A stretch of DNA of 38,154 bases. It comes from an uncultured Opitutia bacterium. GTDB taxonomy: Bacteria > Verrucomicrobiota > Verrucomicrobiia > Opitutales > UBA953. The first letter of the stretch is position 1. Each line of letters starts with the position of its first letter. Shown piece by piece: positions 11,106-18,580 of this stretch. The notes under the pieces are model-generated. The model saw nothing but the letters and a program-made list of their open reading frames with translations. It was not told where the DNA came from and did no database searches. Position numbers and translations under genes: made by a program. The DNA is taken from positions 1 to 38,154 of the forward strand of contig CAINSX010000019.1 in assembly GCA_903853185.1 (NCBI GenBank), written 5' to 3'.

Positions 11106-12703
11106 CCCCCGACCGCTTCGGACACTGTCCGGCGCTCTGGCTCGCCCTTCCCCTCCTCCTCGGTTGCTCGATTGATGCGGCCACAGCCGTATCGCCCGGC
11201 CCTTGGTTGCTCGTCGGCGCCCTCGCAGTCGCGCTCGGTTGGTTCACCCGACGTCATGCGATCATCGCCGGAGTAGCCCTCGTGATCGCGGGTACGACGA
11301 TTGGTGCGGCGTGGCATCAGTTACGAATGCCACCGCAGACGCCGGCCATCGTCCGCCGACCATTCGTCGAGCTGCCGCTCCTCGTGGAACGCGCGACGCC
11401 ACGCAAAGACGGCGAAGGCTGGACGGGGCTCGGCTGGATCACAGACCGTGACGGCGGATATTTCCGCCGGCGCGTCGCGCTCTCCGCCCGTGGGGCTTGT
11501 CCGGCCGAAGGCGTCGAACTGATGATGTCCGGCGGATTAACGGCGATCGCCGTCGACGCCGACGGCTACGATGCTTGGCTCCGCTCCCAAGGCGCGACGC
11601 TCAAGCTGCGCGGCGGGCGCGTACTCGGCGAACTCGCCCCACCCTCGCGCTTCGCGGTCTGGCGGCAAGCGCAGCTCGGGCGACTGGAACGATGGCTGCG
11701 GTCACTCCCATGGGAAGATCCGGACGGTGGGGCGATGCTCGCCGCGACGATGCTGGGCCGGACGGCATTACTGCCGACGGATGCGAAGGAGGCGTTCATG
11801 ACGACAGGCACGCTGCACCTCTTCGCCATCAGTGGCCTGCACATCGCCGGCATGGCGGCGGCCTTACTCTGGCTGGCCAAGCGGGCGCGTCTGCCGGAGC
11901 TCCCGTCGGGCTTAGTCATTCTCGCGCTGCTCTGGCTCTACGTGCAGGTGACCGGCGCTTCGCCGTCGTCGGTCCGCGCCTGGATCATGGCGGCCTTCCT
12001 CTGGGGTGGACGCGCGAGCGAGCGTGACACGCCTGCATTGCAATCGCTCGCGCTCGCCTGTGCCGTCACACTCATCCTCACTCCCGAAGCCTGCACGGAT
12101 GCCGGCTTCCAACTGAGCTATGCGGCCGTCCTCGGAATCATCGCAGCGGGCGGACCAGCCGCGAACCTCTGCGCGCAGCCAACGGAAGAAGAACGCCTGA
12201 CGCCGGCCGACGCGCAGACCGCGACGCAAAAGCTTCGCTGGCGGATGCGGAAGTTCCTGCTCGGCGGCCTGTGCGTCTCACTGGCGGCCACGTTCGCGGG
12301 GACGCCGCTCACGCTCGGACTCTTCGGCTCGGCGAGTTGGGGCGGTGTCTTCGTGAACCTCGTACTGGTGCCGCTCTCGGAGATCCCTCTGATGCTCGGG
12401 ATGGCTTCGGTCGCCTGTAGTGTGACTGATTGGTTGGCCAGGCTGGCAGCGTGGATCAACGGCCTTGCGGCGGCGTTGCTCCACCTGATGACCTGGATCG
12501 CTCAGGCGTGCGCGGTCGTGCCGACGATGAACCTCCAGCTCACGTTGCCGTATCGCTGGCTCGGGCCGCTGGGCGGCGCACTCCTCGCGCTCGCCTTTCT
12601 CTCTCAGGCCCAATCCAAAAGCTTAGTCCGCCTACTCGGGGTTCCCGCCGTGGCTTTGGCGGGCTGGTTGCTGCTGGTGTTTTTTCTTCATGCCATATCC
12701 TAA
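11069..12703 (+). CDS. comEC: ComEC/Rec2-family integral membrane protein (DUF4131 plus competence domain; no metallo-beta-lactamase domain)
   Basis: It is a polytopic membrane protein with the hallmark TGTLHLFAISGLHI motif. I chose the ATG at 11069, which overlaps the folK 3' end by 37 nt. The track start at 10934 lies deep inside folK. Confidence 0.75.
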   Translation: MARPDPLEQDSLTPDRFGHCPALWLALPLLLGCSIDAATAVSPGPWLLVGALAVALGWFTRRHAIIAGVALVIAGTTIGAAWHQLRMPPQTPAIVRRPFVELPLLVERATPRKDGEGWTGLGWITDRDGGYFRRRVALSARGACPAEGVELMMSGGLTAIAVDADGYDAWLRSQGATLKLRGGRVLGELAPPSRFAVWRQAQLGRLERWLRSLPWEDPDGGAMLAATMLGRTALLPTDAKEAFMTTGTLHLFAISGLHIAGMAAALLWLAKRARLPELPSGLVILALLWLYVQVTGASPSSVRAWIMAAFLWGGRASERDTPALQSLALACAVTLILTPEACTDAGFQLSYAAVLGIIAAGGPAANLCAQPTEEERLTPADAQTATQKLRWRMRKFLLGGLCVSLAATFAGTPLTLGLFGSASWGGVFVNLVLVPLSEIPLMLGMASVACSVTDWLARLAAWINGLAAALLHLMTWIAQACAVVPTMNLQLTLPYRWLGPLGGALLALAFLSQAQSKSLVRLLGVPAVALAGWLLLVFFLHAIS

Positions 12704-12739
12704 CCTTGCCAGCCTCCGGCCAGAGAGAAAAGTTCGGTC

Positions 12740-15235
12740 ATGTCCCCGTCTTCCCTCCGCTCGCTCGCCGCACTCGCGCTGAGCGCGCTCTCCGCCGCCG
12801 CTGCGCCCCAAGAATGGTCCGGCATCTACCCCGAGCTCGCTTACTTCAATAACGAAGGCGAATGCGGCACGGGCGCCGTCGTGCCCTGGGCTGACCGCCT
12901 CTGGGTCATCACCTACGGGCCGCACCTGCCCTATGGTTCGAGCGATAAGCTCTACGAGATCACGCCTGACCTACAGCAGATCGTCCGCCCCGAAAGCGTC
13001 GGCGGTACGCCCGCCAACCGCATGATTCACAAGGAGTCGAACCAGCTCATCATCGGGCCGTACTTCATCGGCGCGAACCGCGATGTGCGTGTCATCCCGC
13101 CGAAGCTCATGCCCGGACGACTCACCGGCAACGCCCGCCACCTTACCGACCCGACGAACAAGGTCTACTTCGCGACGATGGAAGACGGACTCTATGAGGT
13201 CGACGTCCATACACTCGCCGTGAAGGGACTCATTAAGGAAATCATGAACAAGCCGAAGCCTGGCCAGACGGCGGAAGTCAGCCCGGCCACCATCACCTCG
13301 ACGCTACCTGGATACCACGGGAAGGGACTCTACTCCGGCCAAGGCCTTGTCATCCTTGCCAACAACGGTGAACGCAGCCCCAAGGCGCTGGTCGACCCGA
13401 CGATCGTCAGCGGAGGCCTGGGCTCTTTCAACGGTGAGGGTAACTGGTCGCTCATCCGTCGCAACCAGTTCACCGAAGTCACCGGCCCTGGCGGCCTCAC
13501 CGGCAACGCCGATCCCGCCAAGGACCCGCTCTGGACGATTGGCTGGGATTTCCGCTCGCTGATCCTCATGGTGATGGAAGACGGCAAGTGGACGAGCTAC
13601 CGCCTACCCAAGGGCAGCCACTCGTACGACGGCGCGCACGGCTGGAACACCGAGTGGCCGCGCATCCGCGACATCGGCGAAGAAGGTTCGCGCCTGATGA
13701 CCATGCACGGCCTCTTCTGGAAATTCCCCGCGAACTTCTCGTCGCAGCACCTGACCGGCATCACGCCGCGCTCGTCCTACCTCAAGGTCATCGGCGACTT
13801 CACCCGCTGGCAGGACCGCCTCGTCTTCGGGTGCGACGACGCCGCTAAATCCGAATTCCTCAACAAGCGTCCCGCCAAGGGCGCGCTCGCCGGCCCGGGC
13901 CAGTCGCAATCCAACCTCTGGTTCACGTCGCTCGACACACCGGACAAGCTCGGCCCGGCCATCGGTCGCGGCAGCGTCTGGGTGGACGAACCCGTCAAAG
14001 CCGGCGCGCCTTCGGACCCGTTCCTCTGCGAGGGATTCGACAAGCGCGCCCTCTTCCTGAAATACGACGGCACGGAGCCGACGATGTTCACGATCGAGAT
14101 CTACGGGTCGCCCCGGGCGGACGTCGTGCCGACATGGATGCACTACGGCCAGGCGGCGCTCTATCCGGGAGAGCACAGCTCGCAGTGGCTTGAACTGAAC
14201 CACGTCATCAAAGGTTCTTGGATCCGGATCACCGCCGACCGCGATGTCGCCAAGGCCACCGCCACCTTCCAATACGCAGCGAATGACACGCGGACGACTG
14301 GGCGCGGCGAGATCTTCAAAGGCCTGAGCCGGGCCACCGACGCGACGTCGCAAGGCGCGTTCTTACTGACGCGCGGGGCCAATCTGCGCACACTCTCGGT
14401 ACTCACCGCGACCGTCACGCCCGACCAGACCACCCTCGGCGACGCCTACGAACTCTCCGCCGACCTGAAGCTCACCAAGCAGACCGACCCGAAGGGCGCG
14501 GCTTACTTCGAGAAGAACACGCCCATTCCGCAGGGCATCGTCACCGCCGACGAAGCCTCGGTCATCTTCGAGGAAAGCGGCGTGCGCTGGCGCCTGCCGC
14601 GTTCGGCTTCGCCGGCTCAAGACGGCCTGCTCGCCCGTAGCGCACTGCGCAAGGTGCGCGAGGTCTGCACCGAGCGCGACCTGCTCCAGGCGCACGGCAC
14701 CTTCTACGAACTACCGGCGCTCAACGCCATGGGCGCAATTCGTATGCGCCCGATCGCGACGAGCGACGCCGCCGTCCATGACTACTGCTCGTACCGCGGC
14801 CTACTCGTGCTCAGCGGCATCGAGCCCAGCGCACGCATCGCCGGGCTGGACAACCGCCACCTCATCCGCTCCGACGATGGCAAGGCCGCCGTGTGGGTGG
14901 GCGCCGCCGACGATCTCTGGCAGCTCGGTAAGCCACGCGGCTTCGGCGGCCCCTGGAAGAACAGCGACGTCACCGCCGGCAAACCATCGGACCCCTACCT
15001 CATGACCGGCTACGATAAGAAGCGGCTTCAGCTCGCCAACCATGGCGACGTCGAGACGACGATCACCGTCGAGCTCGACGCGGCTGGCGATGGTCGCTTC
15101 GCGGCCTATCAGAGCTTCAAACTAGCGCCGGGCGCGAAGGAGACCTTCGATTTCCCTGCTTGGATCAACGCCTACTGGGTGCGCACGGTCTCATCGGCCA
15201 CGACGAACGCCACCGCGCAGTTGACCTACGAATAA
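12740..15235 (+). CDS. Secreted protein of unknown function (831 aa): blade-like N-terminal half plus two copies of a roughly 95-aa C-terminal module
   Basis: It has an ATG start, a signal peptide MSPSSLRSLAALALSALSAAAAP and non-low-complexity composition throughout, and it is the longest ORF at this locus. I recognise no catalytic motif. The internal duplication is described in the findings. Confidence 0.7.
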   Translation: MSPSSLRSLAALALSALSAAAAPQEWSGIYPELAYFNNEGECGTGAVVPWADRLWVITYGPHLPYGSSDKLYEITPDLQQIVRPESVGGTPANRMIHKESNQLIIGPYFIGANRDVRVIPPKLMPGRLTGNARHLTDPTNKVYFATMEDGLYEVDVHTLAVKGLIKEIMNKPKPGQTAEVSPATITSTLPGYHGKGLYSGQGLVILANNGERSPKALVDPTIVSGGLGSFNGEGNWSLIRRNQFTEVTGPGGLTGNADPAKDPLWTIGWDFRSLILMVMEDGKWTSYRLPKGSHSYDGAHGWNTEWPRIRDIGEEGSRLMTMHGLFWKFPANFSSQHLTGITPRSSYLKVIGDFTRWQDRLVFGCDDAAKSEFLNKRPAKGALAGPGQSQSNLWFTSLDTPDKLGPAIGRGSVWVDEPVKAGAPSDPFLCEGFDKRALFLKYDGTEPTMFTIEIYGSPRADVVPTWMHYGQAALYPGEHSSQWLELNHVIKGSWIRITADRDVAKATATFQYAANDTRTTGRGEIFKGLSRATDATSQGAFLLTRGANLRTLSVLTATVTPDQTTLGDAYELSADLKLTKQTDPKGAAYFEKNTPIPQGIVTADEASVIFEESGVRWRLPRSASPAQDGLLARSALRKVREVCTERDLLQAHGTFYELPALNAMGAIRMRPIATSDAAVHDYCSYRGLLVLSGIEPSARIAGLDNRHLIRSDDGKAAVWVGAADDLWQLGKPRGFGGPWKNSDVTAGKPSDPYLMTGYDKKRLQLANHGDVETTITVELDAAGDGRFAAYQSFKLAPGAKETFDFPAWINAYWVRTVSSATTNATAQLTYE

Positions 15236-15283
15236 ACGCAACCATTAGGGGTTTCCGTTGTTATAGAAGAGCACCCCACCCCT

Positions 15284-16021
15284 ATGTCGCTCCGCCTCCT
15301 CGCCCTCCTCGCCTTCGTCTCCCCGCTCTGCGCGGCTGACGCCCCCGCCACGCTGCTCGCCCAGCCTGACAAGGAAATCCTGAACGACACGCTCACCAAG
15401 GATACCAAGGCTGCCGAATGGAAAGTCGCCAAGGGAAAGTGGGAACGGGCCGCCGACGGCATCCACGTCGAAGAGCTTCCCGCCGACAAGCATGGTGCCG
15501 CTGGTCGCGTGCCCATGAAGCTCCAAGATTTCGTCGCCGCCTTCGAATTCCGCTTCGATGGCGCCAAGTCGATCTCCCTCAGCATCAACGACGCCAAGGA
15601 ACATGTCGCTCGCGTGATGATCACGCCGACGGCCCTGCGCGTGCAGAAAGACGACCATGACCATGACGGCCCTGATAAGGGCGTTGTCTTCCTGAACCAG
15701 GCGCAGGCGTTCGAAGCCGGCACTTGGCACAGCGTCGTGCTCGAGATGGTCGGCGACACGATGGTCGCGACGATCGACGGCAAGATCAGCGGCTTCGGCA
15801 GCAACGATCTCTTCAAGGCTGAGAAAGCCAGCCCCGGCTTCACCTGCGCCGGCCAGTCCGCCACTTTCCGTAACTTCGTCATCTGGAGTGCCAAGGCCGA
15901 GCCCAAGGCCTCATGGAAGGAAGCCAGTGCCAAGATTGCCGAGGCCATGAAAGCCGCACCGACTCCCGTCGCGCCGGGCGCCAAGGGAAAGGCCAAAGGT
16001 AAGGCCGCCGCCGCGAAATAA
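15284..16021 (+). CDS. Secreted DUF1080/LamG-like (concanavalin-type) domain protein with a Lys/Ala-rich tail
   Basis: It has a signal peptide MSLRLLALLAFVSPLCA. The pattern EWKVAKGKWERAADGIHV...LQDFVAAFEFRF...WHSVVLEMVGDTMVATIDGK resembles the DUF1080 (3-keto-disaccharide-hydrolase-like) fold. The C-terminus is KGKAKGKAAAAK. Confidence 0.55.
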   Translation: MSLRLLALLAFVSPLCAADAPATLLAQPDKEILNDTLTKDTKAAEWKVAKGKWERAADGIHVEELPADKHGAAGRVPMKLQDFVAAFEFRFDGAKSISLSINDAKEHVARVMITPTALRVQKDDHDHDGPDKGVVFLNQAQAFEAGTWHSVVLEMVGDTMVATIDGKISGFGSNDLFKAEKASPGFTCAGQSATFRNFVIWSAKAEPKASWKEASAKIAEAMKAAPTPVAPGAKGKAKGKAAAAK

Positions 16022-16071
16022 CCGTTAAGCGGGCTGTTTTACCGGCAGGGAGCCATCTCCCCGCTTGCACC

Positions 16072-16104
16072 GAGGGAGGTTACGACCAAGTTCGAACCTC
16101 CCTC
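16072..16104 (+). promoter_or_regulatory. Perfect 10-bp hairpin abutting the ribB(A) start codon (terminator of the upstream gene and/or a translational control element)
   Basis: GAGGGAGGTT (16072-16081), a 13-nt loop, AACCTCCCTC (16095-16104), then TTTC and the ATG at 16109. The 5' arm carries an SD-like GGGAGG and the 3' arm its complement. Confidence 0.35.
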
Positions 16105-16108
16105 TTTC

Positions 16109-17185
16109 ATGAACGAGCCCTTCGACACCATCGAGGAAGCCCTTGCGGACATCGCCGCCGGGAAACTCGTGATTGTGACCGACGACGAGAACCGCGAGAA
16201 CGAGGGCGACCTCGTGATGGCGGCTTCGAAGGCCACACCGGAGACCGTCAACATGATGATCCGCCACGCGCGCGGGCTCATCTGCGTGCCGACCGTCGAG
16301 CATCAGCTTCGCCGCCTGGGCATCTCCCAGATGGTGCCCGAGAACCGCGAGTCGCAGCGCACCGCCTTCGCCGTCGCCGTCGACGCCGCCGAAGGGATCT
16401 CCACCGGCATCTCCGCCTACGACCGAGCGAAGACCATCGCGATCCTCGCGGACCCGCAGGCCAAGCCCGAGGCACTCGTGCAGCCCGGCCACATCTTCCC
16501 GCTCCTGGCCCGGCCCGGCGGCGTGCTCCAGCGCGCCGGCCATACCGAAGCCGCGGTCGACCTCGCCTCCCTCGCCGGCCTGCACCCCAGCGGCGTCATC
16601 TGCGAGATCCTGAACGAGGACGGCTCGATGGCGCGCCTGCCTGAGCTCGTCGAACTCAAGAAGAAGTTTGGCCTGCACATGATCTCGATCGCGCAGCTCA
16701 TCGAGTTCCGCCACCGCCGCGAACGGCTCGTCGAGCTTGTCGCCGAAAGTCCGTTCCAGTCCGCCTGGGGCGAATTCAGCCTGCGCGTCTACCGCTCGCT
16801 ACCAGATGGCCGCCAGCACCTCGTGTTCACCCTCGGCCAGCCGGACGAATCGCCGACACTCGTGCGCGTGCAGCGCGAGAACATGCTCGGCGACCTTTTC
16901 CGCGGCAGCGCCTTTGGCTCCGGCACCTCCCTTGCCGCCAGTTTCGAAGCCGTCGCCAAGGAAGGCCGCGGCGTGATTGTCCACGTGACCCAACCGTTCG
17001 GAGGCGTGCAGGCTGACCAGTCGGGCGTCCGACTTGGTGCCATGGACGCGCGTGACTACGGCATCGGTGCCCAGATCCTTTCACACCTCGGGCTCCGCCG
17101 CATCCGGCTCATCACGAATAACCCGCGCAAGGTCGTGGGCCTGGGCGGCTACGGGTTGGAAATCGTCGAGCAGGTTCCGTTCTAA
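16109..17185 (+). CDS. ribBA: 3,4-dihydroxy-2-butanone-4-phosphate synthase fused to a degenerate GTP-cyclohydrolase-II-like domain (RibBX-type RibBA)
   Basis: The N-terminal half is a canonical DHBPS (VIVTDDENRENEGDLVMAA, GLICVP, GHIFPL, RAGHTEA). The C-terminal half aligns to RibA but reads RVQRENMLGDLFRGSAFGSG where RibA has [10 protein letters not shown]...RCDCG. Confidence 0.9.
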   Translation: MNEPFDTIEEALADIAAGKLVIVTDDENRENEGDLVMAASKATPETVNMMIRHARGLICVPTVEHQLRRLGISQMVPENRESQRTAFAVAVDAAEGISTGISAYDRAKTIAILADPQAKPEALVQPGHIFPLLARPGGVLQRAGHTEAAVDLASLAGLHPSGVICEILNEDGSMARLPELVELKKKFGLHMISIAQLIEFRHRRERLVELVAESPFQSAWGEFSLRVYRSLPDGRQHLVFTLGQPDESPTLVRVQRENMLGDLFRGSAFGSGTSLAASFEAVAKEGRGVIVHVTQPFGGVQADQSGVRLGAMDARDYGIGAQILSHLGLRRIRLITNNPRKVVGLGGYGLEIVEQVPF

Positions 17186-17253
17186 GGGTTTTCGGCCGTT
17201 TCCGCTTGCAGACGGGTTCGGAAGCCACTCCATCGGCCATCCGTTCTTCTGCC

Positions 17254-17790
17254 ATGAGCCTAGACAAGCCCACCCCTGACGCCATCGATGGCGCCGAACT
17301 CCGCTTCGCCATCGTGTCGGCAGGCTACAATGCGGAACTCGTCCAGGCCCTGAAGAAGAACGCCATCAAAGGCCTCCGCGACGCTGGCGTCCCCGCTGGC
17401 TCCATCGTCGAGCTGGCCGTCCCTGGCTCGGGCGAGATTCCCTTTGCAGCCTACATGTCGGCCATGACCGGCGACTACGACTGCATCATCGCCCTCGGTG
17501 TCGTCATCGCCGGCGACACGCCGCACCACGAAATCATCGCCCACTCGACCGCCCAGGCGCTGCAGGATGCCGCCATCCGCTCCGAGGTTCCGGTGATCAA
17601 CGGCATCGTCGTCACCAATAACCGCGAGCAGGCCGTCGCCCGTTGCCAAGGCTCGCTTGACCGCGGCACCGAATTCGCGCACGCCGCCCTCACCATGGCC
17701 CGTCACCGCATCACGCTCGGCGAACGCCTCGACCAGGTCGAAGAAGAGGAACGTAAGCGCGGCGGCCAGGAACCTTTCGCCCAGAACTGA
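17254..17790 (+). CDS. ribH: 6,7-dimethyl-8-ribityllumazine synthase
   Basis: LRFAIVSAGYNAELVQAL, VPGSGEIPFAA and ALGVVIAGDTPHHEII are typical lumazine synthase motifs. I chose the ATG at 17254, since the track start at 17206 is a TTG. It has a C-terminal charged extension of about 20 aa (EEEERKRGGQEPFAQN). Confidence 0.9.
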   Translation: MSLDKPTPDAIDGAELRFAIVSAGYNAELVQALKKNAIKGLRDAGVPAGSIVELAVPGSGEIPFAAYMSAMTGDYDCIIALGVVIAGDTPHHEIIAHSTAQALQDAAIRSEVPVINGIVVTNNREQAVARCQGSLDRGTEFAHAALTMARHRITLGERLDQVEEEERKRGGQEPFAQN

Positions 17791-17793
17791 CCG

Positions 17794-18576
17794 ATGGAAA
17801 ACGACTCTCCCATTTCCGCCTCCGCGCGCGCCAAGATCCGTATTCGGATCAAAGGTGTCGACTACCGTATGGCGGACCAGACCGCGGCGGACATCATCGC
17901 CAGCATCGCCGGCACGGGCGCCCGGATCTCGGGTCCATTCCCGCTCCCCTCGCAGGTTGAGGAACCCCGGACGGCGCTCCGCGAGGAGATCCGCAGCCAT
18001 CGTCGCCTGATCGAGATTATCGGCTCCAGCCCGAAGACCGTCGACGCCTTCCGCCGCCACAACATCCCGGCTGGCATCGAAATCGCCATTATCGCACCCG
18101 ACGAACCGGTCGTGCCTGATCCCGCCGCGGCGCCCGCCAAGCGCAACCGTCGCCATGACGGCCGCGTGGCCGCTATGCAGTTCCTCTGCTCCTGGGAAGT
18201 CCAGCGCCACGCCGATATGGTGACGGGGCTCTTCGACTTCTTCTCCGAGCGTCCGCAGCCCCGCGAGTACTACGCGTTCGCCGAGGAGCTCATCCAGGGC
18301 GTCATCCGTGACCTCATCCTCATCGACGAAGTCATCGGCAAATACGCCAAGAACTGGGCTTTCGGCCGGATTGCGCGTGTCGACCTCGCCATCTTGCGCA
18401 TCGCCATCTTCGAACTGATGCGCCGGACGGACATCCCGCCGGTCGTCAGCATCAACGAGGCCGTCGACATCGCCAAGGAATTCTCTACCGAGGAATCCAA
18501 GCGCTTCGTGAACGGCATCCTCGACAGCTATAAGGAAGAACTGGGTCGCGACCCGCGCAAAGCCGAAGGCGGCTGA
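17794..18576 (+). CDS. nusB: NusB antitermination factor with an N-terminal ribosomal protein S10 (NusE)-like domain
   Basis: Residues ~119-260 are NusB-like (RVAAMQFLCSWE..., INEAVDIAKEFSTEESKRFVNGILD). Residues ~14-100 (KIRIRIKGVDYRMADQTAADIIASIAGTGARISGPFPLPSQ...RSHRRLIEIIGSSPKTVDAFRRHNIPAGIEIAI) align to S10. The two parts form a single uninterrupted frame, with the ATG 3 nt after the ribH stop. Confidence 0.85.
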   Translation: MENDSPISASARAKIRIRIKGVDYRMADQTAADIIASIAGTGARISGPFPLPSQVEEPRTALREEIRSHRRLIEIIGSSPKTVDAFRRHNIPAGIEIAIIAPDEPVVPDPAAAPAKRNRRHDGRVAAMQFLCSWEVQRHADMVTGLFDFFSERPQPREYYAFAEELIQGVIRDLILIDEVIGKYAKNWAFGRIARVDLAILRIAIFELMRRTDIPPVVSINEAVDIAKEFSTEESKRFVNGILDSYKEELGRDPRKAEGG

Positions 18577-18580
18577 ACCG

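Noticed and set aside
15226-15996. 256-aa minus-strand ORF opposite the DUF1080-like gene
   Set aside because: The plus-strand frame has a proper ATG, a signal peptide and a domain-like pattern. The minus-strand product is Ser/Ala-rich and overlaps the 3' end of the neighbouring convergent-looking frame.
16022-16108. Expected an FMN (RFN) riboswitch upstream of the riboflavin genes
   Set aside because: The leader is only 87 nt and lacks the conserved RFN core helices. The 68-nt ribBA-ribH spacer (17186-17253) also shows nothing RFN-like. I reported the hairpin that is present instead.
16025-16714. 229-aa minus-strand ORF, plus the 249-aa ORF at 13604..14353
   Set aside because: They are antisense to ribB(A) and to the 831-aa secreted protein respectively. 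Both are Gly/Arg/Asp/Ala shadow translations.
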